Origin: Dimorphilus gyrociliatus
Taxonomy: Eukaryota > Animalia > Annelida
Assembly: GCA_904063045.1 (NCBI GenBank)
Contig: CAJFCJ010000014.1
Coordinates: 620,001 to 684,000, forward strand
DNA length: 64,000 bases
Reading direction: 5' to 3'
This document shows, one piece after another, positions 26,275 through 41,000 of this stretch. How positions within the stretch are numbered: the stretch's first letter is position 1; each line of letters opens with the position of its first letter. The notes under the pieces are model-generated. The model did not search any database. It had not been told where the DNA came from and saw only the letters and a list, made by a program, of their open reading frames with translations. The position numbers and the translations under genes are program-made.

Positions 26275-29200
26275 TCATTTTCTTCTTTTCTTCTTCTTCT
26301 CTACATCAACCGAAAAAAGTATGTCACTCTCATTCTTCGAATATCTTTTAAACAAAGATGTTTGACCTAAACTTTTTGGAAAAGTTTTGGTGTTGAATAT
26401 TAAACTTGGTGGTTTTCGATTACCAATAAGAATAATGTTTTCAGGTTGATAATTAAGTAGCGGGATAAGAGAATCCATTTCGTTACATTTTCCAGCGTCA
26501 TTTATAATAAGATGGGTAAACTTTCCAGATTGTTGAATACAGTCTAAACTGCAAAGTTTGCATGTTGTTATAACAACATCAGCCTCTTTTAATACGTCTA
26601 TTTTGGCTTTTTTAACCAACTCCTTATAATCTTTTCTATTGAAACTCACAGGGTTTCTACAAATAGAATATTATTTACATTATACTGTGTAATTATCTTA
26701 TCATGTTGATAAGAAATCGACTTACTTTTCCATTTCTAGTATTTCTTTCGAATACTTTCCTTCACGAATGATATGATGCAAAGCTTTCTCTTTCAATATG
26801 ACAGGTTCCTTTTTATCCTCGCTCGAAAAGAAACCCACCAGATCATTCCTAAGTTTACAATCGGCTTTTTCTGTAACGTCGCTAAATACTTGAATGTAGT
26901 TCAGTATTTTCGAGTCTTTTGTTGTTATTTTCATTAAATTTTCTAGCATTTTGATATGAAAGTTAAAAAATTTGAATTGTAATATTTCCAGTACTTACTT
27001 ATCACATTATTTCCAGATTTTGCTGATGGACAACAAATTAATATCCTCTCAGATGATTTATCTTTGTCTTCAAGTATTCCATACGCAATAAAAGTAATCA
27101 ATTTACCGTTTAATACGGTATCTGCTGATTTAATGACTGAAAATTGTCGTTGAAGAGCAAATTCAACTGCTTCTTTCTGTTTTTTTTTCAGGTTTTTTAA
27201 GCCTTTTATTTTGGAAACAATAGAGATTTCCTTCAAATCAACTTTCGAATTGGTATTGTAATTTGTTATTATTTTATGGATCAAAGTATCTTTTTTAAGG
27301 TTCGGCAGCAAATCATTCAATACTCTATCTTTTTCCTTATACTCATTCAACTTTCGATAAACTTTTATAGTAGCATTTAGATGATCGGGTGGAAAATCAT
27401 AATTTGAAGATGAGATAATCTCTATCTTTATGATATTATCATTTTCAATGCAGACTCCGTGACAAATCCAAAATGAGCTTTTATTCTCAAATAGATCATT
27501 ATTTAATGCGGTATTGGTATTGGGAACTTGTTGACTTATGCAAAAGTAATCTCCTTTTTCAATTTCTATCATTTTATCATTAAAAAGCGATTGTTCCAGT
27601 TGAAAGACGCAGTAACCGTCACGGTAACGAACATTAACGTTATTCAAAGTAAATCTATCACCATATTTAATGGCCATTTTAACACTTTGAAAATTTAATA
27701 CAGGTGACCATATTTTTAGAAATTCTTCTTTACTTTCGTAGGTTGTATCTTTCTCGTTTTCATAGTTGATACTTTCACAGAAACAATGAAATGGATCTTC
27801 AATATGATCCATACAAAAACCAAGATTATGCTTAATGAACAAATACTGCGGTCTAATTGTAGGCTTAGTTGTTGAAGAGCCAATAATGACATCAATAACA
27901 TTACCCTTTTCCACTAATAAAGAGAATGCCACAGTATCAATATCTTTGGAGCATACTCTGACTTCTTCTTCGTTTTCATCCGGGTAAATTTCATTTATTA
28001 GGTCAGATATTAAAGCCTCCTTTCCGTTTGGATTTTCAATAGTTTCCAAGATTATTTTCCATTGTTTTGTGGATATTTTAAGAACTTGATCCTTCAAATT
28101 GAAGTTAAACTCCGATTCGTCGCTCTCGTATTGTTGTTCATTTACATGGAAAATACGTTCTTTCCATTCTAATTTTAAGCTGTCACTTGTCATGCTCTTA
28201 TTAAATGTTCCAAAATTGACAATATTCAATTCAATATCATTCAGTTCATAAGTCTTTGGCTGAACTACACTGAGTAAAATTAAGTTTCTCTTCTTATCTA
28301 GGGAAATACAAGTAGCTTTCTTTCTTTTAGTGAATCCATTTCCATGATGCTTTTCCACAAATTCTTCATGTAAGGCATTAATTATGGAATTTTTATCGTT
28401 GAACGACATTAGAATTCGTAAGAAATCTTCTTCGCTAGCTGAAATATCCTCCGGATCCTCATAAAACAAACGATACTGATTAAATACATCAATGATTCTG
28501 GTCATAGGTGATGTAAATGTCATTATGGTTGAGTCTAATGAATAACTCTCATCATCGACTTTGAATTTAGCAAAATGAGGTGATCTCTCGATAAAGGAGA
28601 GTTTTTCAAGAGGACGATGATCTATTTGTAGAAGGATTTTTCTTATAGTTTCGTACTTTTTCTGAGCCAAATTAATTCTAATAATATTCCATAATTCCTT
28701 TATAAAAACAATATTGTCATCTGTTGGAACGTGGCTTTCATTATCTTTATCATACGTAACATTCTTTCCGTTTGATTTAATAGTCCACCATTCTTCAACA
28801 TGTCCATAAGGGACATAGTCTTTATCATTTTGCAGTAATAGTTGAGTTAAAGCAACATTTGCTTGAATGTGAAGTTCTTGAACCATTAATAAAGCATCGT
28901 ATATATCCCATTTCTTGAAGGCAATATCTTCTGAGTAATTTTGATGATCAAGTCTTTGCTTTCTTGAAACTTTCGAGAATTCATACAGTGCACGTAAATC
29001 AGGGTAATCTTCAATTTCATTATCTATGACTTGTTGGACCTTCTCGTAGGTGATGACTATAGGTTGTCTAATTTTAAGACTTTTTTCTTCCTTATGCTTT
29101 ATTTTTGTCGTTTTACTGTTATATTGAAAAAATATGGAAATAGTATGGACATAGCTGTTAAAACTTGGATGACGTTCCATTTCGCTTTTATCGAAGAGAG

Positions 29201-30170
29201 GTAAAGTAGCATTTTCGCCAAAATTAAAAGATCTTCCTTTATATAAACTCTCCTTAAAATGATCTGATTCAATATAGAATGAGGCGTCGACTATATGGAT
29301 GCCAATTAAGTATTCGTTCTTTCTTAAAGATTGTACAGAGAACATACATTCAATTTCGTTGTCTGTTGATTGACTTTCTGTTATGATATATGATTTTATT
29401 GACCGGTCGAAGGCGTATTGTTTTGTTTTGCTAAGTTGCGGGAGTTTAGACTTTATCTCAAAAACTGGTTGTGTTATTTTTAAAATCTGTTGAAGTACTT
29501 CCGGATAAAACAAATATTCTTTTTGAATCTTACCAACAGTCAGACACAATGGACAATTAAACTCACTGTTCCACTTGAGATAGATACAAATGTAATAGTA
29601 TTTTTCTCTATCTCTTCGATCAATTATTTCGGACAGGGCCGTAATTTTACCTTCTTTAATTGGGTCAAATTTAAATACAAGTACACCATCGGAAATTGAC
29701 GTATCATTTCGTGATTTCACTGTATAACGATGGACACGATAAAGTGTTGGTATCTTCTTATCAAAGAAAGGAATCAGGTACTTTCCGTCTGGTTTACAAA
29801 TGTAATACGTGTATCTATAATCAGTAAACTTTACCAATAGACCTTCAACAAGAGCCTTTTGACAGTTAACTAATACTGTATCGTATTCGAATAGATTCGA
29901 TTGTTTTGTATTTACTTCAAAGGCTTTTCCCTTTTCATCGACGCCATACTTTTTGTTTTCCTTGTACCTTAAATACCGTTCTTTAAAAACGTCAGGTTTA
30001 TTTTCTAGTTTTTCTTTCAAACTGTCCAACATGTCATTTTCTCTAGTCCACCACGAATTTCCATCTTGTAGACGTAATGTTCTTGTATCATTTTCTGTCA
30101 AACGACTCTCAAAAGAATTCAACTCTTGCAGAATAATTGGTAAATCTGTGTTGTCGTCTCCGTTTGCCAT
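26275..30170 (-). CDS. Diverged, truncated HELZ2-like paralog C (pseudo-RNB plus partial pseudo-helicase), about 1256 aa
   Basis: Exons 30170-26999, 26942-26726 and 26656-26275 join in frame (3771 nt). Introns occupy positions and phases equivalent to copy A. Scaffold motifs IGIHIVDASFYI, FTSPMTRIID and ADVVITTC are kept, while catalytic motifs are degenerate. Confidence 0.85.
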
Positions 30171-30629
30171 CTTGTTATTGTTCGTTTCTCCAAAAGCGTT
30201 TTATACTAATGTTTAAATACTGTATATGCCGAATTTGTAGATATAAAAAATCAATACTGTATGAATGAATTTATCAATTGAAAATATAAAATGATTGTAT
30301 TATAAACCTGGACATCGTAAAGTTTGCTACATTAACTTTTCATTGATGATTAAAGTTGTTTATTGCTTTATCTTGTAGGAAAATAGTTTTAATTTGTCCC
30401 TGGTAAATTGCACCCTTCGTTCCTATAGAACAGCCAGGGGGCTATGTAAATTAATCGCATTTGTCAGCCACGGTTTTCATTTTCTTTTAACAATTATGTT
30501 GGGATTTGTCTGTGTTCAGAAAAAAATAATGAACATTCAAGCAAAAGACGGCCGCTATAACAACCAAAATGTTTCTTTAATTGTTTTTAGAGGTAGCGTT
30601 TATATCATATATAATAAAATAAATATAAT

Positions 30630-31706
30630 ATAAAGAGCTAAAAAGGATAAAAGATAAGCAAAGAAGTGGTAGACCGAAAAAAGTGACACCAAAGATGGAA
30701 AGGCAAATTACCAGGGCATCTAAATCATACCCCAAGTGGACGGCCCATCAGGTATTATATAATTCTGGTATACCTATATCTCTTTCTCTAACAACAGTGA
30801 AGCAGGCACTACGAAAAAATAACTTAAATGGGAGAATTGCAGCCAAAACACCTGCTTTATCTAAGAGGCAGATAATAAGTAGGAAAGAGTTCTGTAGAGA
30901 GAGAGAGAAAACTGGGGGATTGAAAATTGGAAAAAAGTAATTTTTTCTGATGAATCAAAGGTTGAGCTGCATCCTAGGAGAAGGGAGTTTGTTAGGAGGC
31001 CACCAGGTAAACGGAATGACCCCAAATATACCACAAAAACAGTAAAATTTGGGGGAGGGAATATAATGGTGTTTGGCTACATTAAGTTCAATGGAGATAG
31101 GGGCCTAGCTTTAGTGTCTAATCGCATGACAGCTTCGGATTATGTCAAAATTTTGAGCAGTCATGTTGTCCCAAATTATAGGAGAGGGGAAATTTTCAGC
31201 AGGATGGGGCTAGCTGTCATACAGCAGCCAGAACAAAAGCGTACCTCGAGAGAAAGGGAGTAGAAACACTGGATCCATGGCCAGCAAACAGCCCAGACCT
31301 GAACATAATTGAGCAAATATGGGGCATATGCAAAAAACGTTTAATGGCACGTAAGCCAAGAAACAAGGATGAGCTGTGGGAGATGTTCAGAGAGGAATTT
31401 TTTAAAATTTCAGAATTGGAAATTCAATTCTTATATGAGACAATGGAAAGAAGGCTTAGGGCAGTTGTAGAAGCTAAGGGTATGCACACAAAATATTAAG
31501 GCATTAAAAAATATAATATCCTGTAAATAACAGTCAAAATAACAACAAAAAAATACTTTTAATATTCTTTTAGAGTAATTTTTGTGATTGTAACAAGTAC
31601 TTATGCTCCCATTGAAAATAGGCCTACCACATTAAAGTACGGAAAGAGAAAGAAACAAGAAAATTTTTTGTTTTTGAGGTGTAACAGTGACTCACCGCCG
31701 GTACTG
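30630..31706 (+). mobile_element. 5'-truncated Tc1-family DNA transposon with a frameshifted DD35E transposase
   Basis: Motifs RSGRPKK, WKKVIFSDESK, VKFGGGNIMVFG, QQDGASCHT and WPANSPDLNIIE; stop at 31497-31499; terminus ...GCCGGTACTG at 31706. Confidence 0.93.
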
Positions 31707-32038
31707 TTTGAAGAATAATTCAAAGCGTTCAAGTTCAGGATTGGATTCGAGTTTGTTTTATACGGAAATGTCTTTCAATTTCATCAACAAAACAAAGAAA
31801 ACAATCTCTCTGTTTCGTATGTGAAAATTATAAAATAGATTAAAAGTTAGAACGACTGTGAGTGACTTTTTCGCCGTATACTATACAAAAATGGCGCAAA
31901 GAAAAAACTGGTAGGTGGCTGCATATATTTCAAGAAAGACTTTCTTTTCAATTATATTCATTTAAATTTTTCTTCAACAAAGAACATTCAAGCAAAAGAC
32001 TGCCGCTAGAGGGAGCTATTAATCGTATTTCGTCAACT

Positions 32039-35000
32039 ATAATTTAATTTTCTTTAACAATTATGTCGGGATTTATCTGTGTTCAGAAAAAAATAATGAA
32101 CATTCAAGCAAAAGACGGCCGCTATAACAACCAAAATGTTTCTTTAATTGTTTTTAGAGGTAGCGTTTATATTATATATAATAAAATAAATTACAAATAA
32201 AGAGAAGACTGGTTCGTGTCGAGGAACCGTACACTCTTCGGAATTGATACAAAGATTTGCAAGTATTTCTTATCAACTTTTCCTCATGTTGTATACGTGA
32301 TCGGAGTGTATTTCATATCGTACATAAAACAGAAGAAAACTTCAAGTTCAAGATGAAATTTCGACAGAAATAGCGACCAATATTCTGTAGAATATTTTAA
32401 AAATAACCTGTATCTTTCATATACCAAGATTGACTTCATTACATAAAACAAAAGACATTTCTGCAGATTTGTTAGAGGCAAGCCTTTGGCTGAAAACTTG
32501 ACCACATAAAGACCATATTTTTGAAAATTCTTGTTTTATTTCGTAGATTTGTCTATCTCGTTTTCATAGTTGATACTTTTATCAGGAAAAAAAAGAATTC
32601 AAACCTTTCATGTTCAAGATTGTGTTTGAATTTGTTTTATGCGGAAATGTCTTTCAATTTCATCAACTGAACATAAAAAACAGTCTCTCTCTTTGAATTG
32701 ATTAATAATAACATGAGTAAGTTAATAAGTTTATTTCGATGTTTTCGGAGAGATACAAAGATTTGCAAGTATTTCTTATCAACTTCTCTTAAATGTTGTT
32801 AGCAACAAGACATTTTTACAAATAAACCCAATTATTTACATTGAACCAAAACATTTAGATTCGATTATATAGCGAAAGAGTCTGTCCCTGATAAAATGCA
32901 CCCTTCGTTCCTATACCAATCTATCAATGTGGACCAAGAAGAGTTTGCTTGTAGTAGTCTCGAGTTACCTATAAGAGAGAAAATTATTTGCATTTTTGTT
33001 CATCTATAACGTATTTCATTTTGTACAAACCAATGATAAATAATCCGTGTTTGGCTCTTGTTATAGCCACATTCAATTGATTTGGATCCGTTATAAATCC
33101 TAAAACTCTTGCAGTCCATGATTCGTTTGGTTCACTTTCTATTTGATCTAATGGAAGAGATCTTACGCAACTTAGTACAACGTATTTCCATTCGGATCCT
33201 TGCGACTTGATTACTGTTTGTACTTCAATTTTTTCTATCGCACATTTCTTCCATTTCAACTCTTTGCTGGCTTCTTTCAATTGGTGTTTGACCTCTTCAA
33301 CTTGAGCCCGATATGGCGTTAAAACTACTATATCTTTTCTGTCTTGTTTTTTCGATAAGAGACATTTGACTACTTTGACAGTATGCATAGCTTCTTCAAC
33401 ATTTCTTTTTGATGCTTCACTGGCGGAAGCTGTAGAAACCAATTCACTTTCTTCCTTCCCTACCACGTCGCAGAATGCGCACGCAACACTACTATTAGGC
33501 CAAATAGACAACTCAGGTTTTGAATTTTGCCAAGGAAGAGGAGATTTCAATCTTCCATTGTAAAATATTTGAGATGGAACCTCAGCGATACTGTGATGCA
33601 TTCTATATTGCTTCGTAAGCATATTTGTATCAAGCTTTTTCGCGTATCTAGCAAAAAGACTTTGCTTTAGACCAAGAAGAGCTGCACGTCTACTCTTGAT
33701 AATTGGTTGAAGTTGTTTATGATCACCGACTAAGATAACTTTAGATGGATTGTGATGTACAATAGGAATGAGAGCATCAGCCTCCGTGCACATTCCTGCT
33801 TCATCTACAATTACTTGTCCTATTTGTGCATTGTCAAGGATTTTGAGAGGAGACAAGGCAGTTGTGCATAAAATGACTTCAACGTCTCTTAAATACGTTT
33901 TTTTTGCACGAGTCAGACACCTTTTGTACTTTCGAATGTCAGTGTGAAATATGTCGACTTTTTTGTTCTTTGCCTTCTTAAAAAGCCTGCGGAAAAAACA
34001 AGAAAATGTAGATAAAAAATATATTATAAATTTATATCGCCTCTACTTACTCATCGTAATATTTCAATTCGTTGGCATATGGCATACCGTTCGATCTTAT
34101 CTCGAAATGTAAGACTCGGTCTCTATTCTGAATCATTTCACTTTCAGCATCTATATTAGATTCAGCTTTACCATGTGCAATAAAGCCTGGTACTGGATAA
34201 TTTGCATTTTCAATTGCCGAACTGACAATTCTTACATAATTTATTTCTGACTTTAAATTCTGCAAATGTTCTATAAAAGAATAGAAAATCATATTCATAA
34301 TATGCAATATCACCTATTTAACAACTTACTAAGAATAACATCAACTGATTTATTCGATGGACCGCAATAAAGGATTTTCTCTTCCCTATGCTTACTTTTA
34401 TTGATATGCCATAACTGATAGATAAGTTGAGCGCTTGTCTGAGTTTTTCCAGTGCCTGGAGGTCCTTGAATAAGAGTAAATTGATTTGTTATTGCTCTTC
34501 GAATAGCCTTCTCTTGATCCTCATTTGGTTTTTTCAGGTAATCATTCGTCTTTAAACTCAAAAGTGTTTTATCATTGTTGTTATCATGAATACGTCCTTC
34601 CACAATTTCATGAATAAATTCATCTTCAACTCTAAGAAGATTCCTTAAAGTTAAAAATTTAACTGAGTCGCTATAAGGCAAATGATGAATTGAAATTGTA
34701 GCGGGGGTGTCTTTACTTCTGCTCCAAAAATCTTTCGGGGGTCGGTTGCTCATTGACTTTACTTCAAAATCCATCCTTATTTTGCCAGTGTTAGGTTCTT
34801 CAGGGAAAAGATGCTCAGGTATAATATTTAATCTTTCATTGATTTGTTGTCCATTTGAAAAAAGATTTTTGGAACTACAGATGGCGTGACATATCCAAAC
34901 TGCTTCTTCCTTCAACATGTTTTTTTCTAGGCTAGGCATTATGTTGCTTTCAAATTTTACATCTTTCATAATATTATAATACTTTATACAAATATAATCG

Positions 35001-38000
35001 CCAACTTCGATGTTTAATTTTCTATCGTTAAAGAAAAATGCACCAATTTCCATTGTTCCTTCGTAATCATCCTCATTTTCATCATATTTTGTCCACTCAA
35101 TTGGAACATTTCTAACAGTAAAATTTACACCATCAGCTATGGCAGACTCTACTGCTTCCAGATTTAAAAGTGGTAACCACAAACCGCAATATTCTCGAAC
35201 GTCTCTATATGTTACTTTCGCAGCCGGATAGACACGTCTATCAGTAAAACATAGTGGATTTTGTAAGTGTTCAAGACAAACACCATGCTTTCGTGTTATC
35301 TTTAGATATTGCAAGGATGGAATTAAAAGTCTTCGAAAATTTCGTGGGCTAATTTGAATATTGAATACTTCTCCCCTCTTTAAGGTTAATGTATAATCAA
35401 CGAAATGTTCATTTTCCCTCAGGCATAATATATTTTTCTGTGCATTTTCACGTTGCATTCTCTTTTCCATGGGAATTTCACTCGACAATTCAACAGAATT
35501 CTTATTTTTACGAATGAAAGCTTCCGAAGCGTTTGCAATACTTTTATATAAATCTTCGTAGTTATCACTCTTCGACGATTGGAGAATATCTAACCACGAT
35601 TGTAGGTTGATATTAGCATTGTAGTTTTTACAATTATAGTCTATTCTGTTTCCCGTATTATATTCTTTAGTCATATTAGCATCGAGATCGTAAATTCTCT
35701 CTCTCCAGTAGAGAGAAACTGATTCATCTTCTTCATTCACTATTGGACTTTTGGTTAAACTCAAAGAAGAAAAAGATAGGAATTTTTCTCTATCTTGTAT
35801 CCATTTAAAGTTTAACGGATTAACTTCCAAATGTCTACGTTTGCAATTGATGGATTGAAGAGTTGTTGGAGTGACCAATGGAACATCTTTTAACTGAAGA
35901 GCCAGTCCGTGAATTACGGTATCTTTTTCGTATGCTTTTGCTTTTTTCGATTTTATATTGCAAATATCTGTAATTTCATCAAGATCGTCTGTCGACAGTG
36001 AATGTCTTTGAGAATCATTCAATATAGATTCCAAAAGTAAATGATTAACAAGATCTACAAATCTTCTTATTGGACTTGTAAAGTTTGTGTAAATACTTTT
36101 ATTCAGAGCGTAATGAATTTTATCTTCTTCATCAGCGGTGCTAAGGGCAAATTCACCACTTCTGTTAATGTGCCATAAATCAACTAGACCCATTTTATGG
36201 AAAGGTAAACTATTGGCATCATTAACTATTTGTATTATCTCCCGTATATTTTCCACTTTTTTCACTTTCAATAATCTTTTAATTCTTGCCCAACATTCCT
36301 TTGTTATTTTTACATTATCATTCTCATTGATTTCTTCCAAATTTTCAATACATAGGCATGTATTCTGGCAAGAGCATACTCTTCCATAACCCAAGAATGC
36401 ATGCCTTAATTCAAAAGAGGTGACGGCATGTTTTTTATACTTACTCTTCCACTCGTCCATCGATTCTTCATCTGGAGCTTTCTGTCGTCTTATCGGAAAA
36501 CAGGGTACATTTTTGTTGAGAAACAAAGCAATCATCGAATTTGTAGCAATCATTAACTCTTCGATAAGATGATGCGCATCGACAGAGGACCAATTCTCAC
36601 GTTCATCTGTCGTTGAAAATGCATTGTTCCCCAGTCGCTTTATCCTCATTTTCTTGGTAAATATCTTCAATTTGTTGAAATTAATATAAAAGTCGTTTTC
36701 TCCATCGAGAATCTTTTGAAATTCTTCATACGTAAATTGTTTTTTCGATTGAATAAAACTATTAAAAGGATCTTCTTCGTCCTCTACTTCTCCGGTTGAA
36801 GTGATTGTGAAAAATACTGATTTAGTTAATCGCTTCTCTCCAGGTAGCAGAGAACAGATATTGCTTGACAATTCATCGGGTAACATGTGTGTCACCGCTC
36901 CTATTCTGCTATACATAGATGTTGCCCTTTGTAAAGCAGAGTTGTATAGACTTTCACTATTGTTTTTGTTAACAAAGTATCCAACGTCGGCAATGTGGAC
37001 TCCAACTCGTAATTTGTCATCACCTATTTCCTCGAACGATATTGCGTCGTCGAGATCCCTAGATCCCTTAGGGTCTATGGTGAAAATATATTCTTTTGTC
37101 AAATCTGTTCTATTCCTCGTCGCCTCTTCTGGAAGAGAATATTTATACATTTCATACGATTTCACAATATTTTTCACAGCCGATTGCGTTTCACTTGGAA
37201 CGTTGTGTTCAATTCTCAGTATTTTATCTATCGTTTCAATGTTATCACCAACTTTTATAGCTCTAACAGCAACTCCCAGAGGATGCAAACAAGTCGTCTT
37301 CCATTTTAAATATCTCACAACAAACACGTATTTGTCAGGATCGGCTGCATCAACTATTTCGTCATTCACATACTCGATATGGTCATCACGAGTCATTCTG
37401 TATATCGAAATCCTGTTCATTTTCCTTTGTGTCTTGTGATCTTTCATTCTAGGCGAAAATAATGAGAATTTTGGCATCGAGTGATCTAATGGAATAGCCA
37501 TTCCTGGAACTATATCTGGCCAACATACAAATAGTGATCGACGTGGATCCTTCTCTCTCTCCCAGATACCAACTACTTTACCAAACATATCTTCCGTTTT
37601 ATTTATATCGCTAAGTATTTCCACAACAACAGTGTCATTATGAAAAGATCTGCCTCTATGTTTTAAACCATCAATTGAAACCTTGTAGTATATTCCGTTT
37701 TCTTGATATTCGGCCCACGTGTTGTTTACAGTGACTATAAACATTTTACACAATTTATATCTATGCCCTGACTCTTCTAAGAGCCGAGAAAGATACTCTT
37801 TACTTTGATAACGTTCGAAAACTCTCCAATCTTGAGATTGTCGTATAGAATCTGCATCTTCGGCTGTCATTTCAACATCAACGTCACTTTCATGAATCAA
37901 ACGTCGTCCTTTTGGTCGCTGTTGTTCAATATCTACTTTTGTCCATTGTTTACGCGCATTTCTTACATTGGTGGAGCTGTGAGAATGTCTGGTGTCCATT

Positions 38001-41000
38001 TCACCTAATTTTTCAAGAATAACGTCTCCGTCAATCTTCCTCTCCCATTCGAAACTGTCACTTCTTTCTCTTCTATGAAGAAGCGATTTGAATTCTTCGC
38101 TTGTCATATTTCGATGAAATGCTGTATTTTTGGATAAACAATGCTGTATATAATTTCTCCATAAATTCTGACATTTTCCAATTTGTATCAAACTCGTAGC
38201 ATTGCCAATAACGATAATACGATCACGTGATCTTGATAGAGCTGTATTAACCAAATTTGGATCTGAGAGAAAGCCTAGTAACAGTTCATCATCACTTTCT
38301 GTTTCCTTCGTTCTTACTGTATTTATAATTATAATATCGTATTCTTGTCCTTGCACAGCATCTGTGCTTAGAACCGTTACATCTCCATACTGCATTCGTC
38401 TCAAATAACGTCTTAAAAGTTGTATATGCTCTCTATAATATACAATTACAGATATTTTACTGGACAAAATGTTTTCTTTTTCAACGAGTTCTTTGATAAT
38501 TGTACAAGTTGCACTGAATTCTACCATATTTTGATATGATAAATTTACAAACTCCTCCTTTCCGTTTTCGTGATAAAAGTACAAACAAGGTTTGTTTGAA
38601 TGTGGAAATTCTCCAACAGACGTTATGTTTGCTTTATCTTTGTAAAAATTTTGTGAAAGGAATTGCAAGATTTCCGGTCGGCTTCGGTAATTTTCATTGA
38701 AAAGGATACAACATCTTTCTCTCTCAGTTACGCTTTGATTAGATGCCGTATAATAACGAGCAAGCCTCTCTAACAGAGAGACATGAAACTGTTTGCTTCT
38801 AGTTAAAGGTGACCTCACCGGTAGAGTCATTTGCATATGATCACCAGCCAAAATGACTTTTGTTTGATCAGTACTAAGAAGTAATGGCATGATTGCTTCA
38901 CATTCAAGAATTTGTCCAGCTTCGTCAATCAGAATGTGAGTAAATTCTCCACGTAATCCTAACCTGTTGATAATAATAATAAGGAATAAACTTCACATTA
39001 ATCATCGGCTGCTAATCAATGAATACTCACTTATAGAGTTCTAGAGATATTGCGGTTGTGCATATAATTATTCGATTACTTCGAACCTCTTCTCTGCTTG
39101 GAAGTCTAAAATGCTGTTGAGAATCATTCATCAAACAGTATTCTCTGTTGTGCTGATTTATGGTTGAAACCCAACGACGAGGATCAACAACTCGTAAAAT
39201 CTTCTTGTGTCTCTGATGAAAATACTTTGCAATGTACATATCAGCAGTAACATTGACATGAGTGCAAATGAGAATTCTACTAGAATCACAGCTCTCTAAA
39301 GCATATTCAGTTATTCTGGCAAGTGTGTCAGTTTTTCCCGTGCCAAAAGGACCGTAGACTAACAGTGGAGGATTTACTCTCTGAGGCGGTGACATCACTC
39401 TATCCAAAACCTTTTGTTGTTGGGTATTCGGCTCTTTAAATCCGTATCTGGACCAGTCGATTTTTGGTAGACGAGTTATATTCAAAAGATTTTTGGTATT
39501 AGGAAAAAGTCGGTCATGAACTTTGAATTCAACAATTTTCTCCACTGCGAAGAGATGAGAACGAAACGATTCCGAGTCAACAATAAATTGCAAACGACCT
39601 TTTAAAGTCTGCTCTGATTTTAGATGCAAATCTTCTACCATTTTTCTAGATAAAATTACTAAAATGGTATCTTTCGTCAAAGCTTCAGATTGAATTTGAA
39701 AATCACTACTTTTTACCACAATTGCCTCATAAATGGACTTATCCTCCGTTTGAATAAGAGCAGTAGCACAAGATCTCATCAAAAGGTAACCCTCGTTCGT
39801 ATCAGGTGAACAGATATTTTTCAGTGAAATTTGAGCGAAAAGTTCGCCCTTTAAAAAGGGCCATATAGTTTCTCCATTTGGGAAAACATAGTTACTCTTC
39901 AATTCTATTTCATATGTTCCATTGAACTTTTCCTCAACCAGTTTATAGGCCCATTTCTCTTCAAGCCATATCATTTTTTTCATAAATTCTTCGTAAGTTC
40001 TCCGTTTTAGAGTTAAACTTTCAAAATTCTTATCAAATATATCTTTTATGTCAAAGTCATTATTTTTCATTTCCCAGTCAGGCTGTTTAAGAGGCCTATG
40101 CTCGTAGAAATTAATCTTGCAAGGATCGGCATCCAATGAGGTAAAGGTATAATCATTACGTTTAGTTTGAATATCATTTAATTGCTTGATATTTAGTGTG
40201 TCAACTGCAAATTTCACTTCAGCTACTTTTTTGTCATCGACGAATTGAAGAATTAAAGATTGGCAATAAGAATAAGATAGATATTTCTCAAACTTCAAAA
40301 GAATATTATATTGAAAGCGATCTATAATGAAATATAAGTTTTTAATTATGTAATTGGAGTAACAGTTGTTTTTAGACCTACCATTCATATTTGAGATTTG
40401 AAGGGAACATCCTTTACAAAAGTGTTTCTTTTCTCCTTTACAGTCTATATAAAAACTTGCCCTTCCACAATCATAAAGGAGGAGAGCGTATTGAAGTTTC
40501 CTTTTCGACTGTTGAAATAAAGCATTTTATACTTAGTTTTGAGTAAAGTAAAGAGTCACCTCCAAAGTGATTGACCATTCATAATGTTCTTCTAGTGTTG
40601 ATATCTTCCTTTCGTCTTTGTTATTTGATATTCTAACGTAATTTAAATGTTCAACAAAATTTTTTGAATTCGACTTTTGATGTTTTACATAAGACATTTC
40701 CTCTTTTGACAATTTCTCTCTTTCATTATCGCATCTCTTCCTAATTCTCCATTCATTTAACTCTTCTTCACTATGCGCTCTCGGACAAAGATTCAATTCT
40801 TCAGGTTGATTTGAATATTGACATATTTTACCATCGAAATGATTGTCGCATAAACTATATCCAGACATCTTTTCAGCTGGATCCGGTTTACGAAAACGCC
40901 AATTCTCATCGTCCTTTGATTTGGAGCGATGTTTTGGAGAATCGCAATGATGTCTTAGCTGGGATTCCGAGTTACAAGTATTATTACATAGAAAACAATT

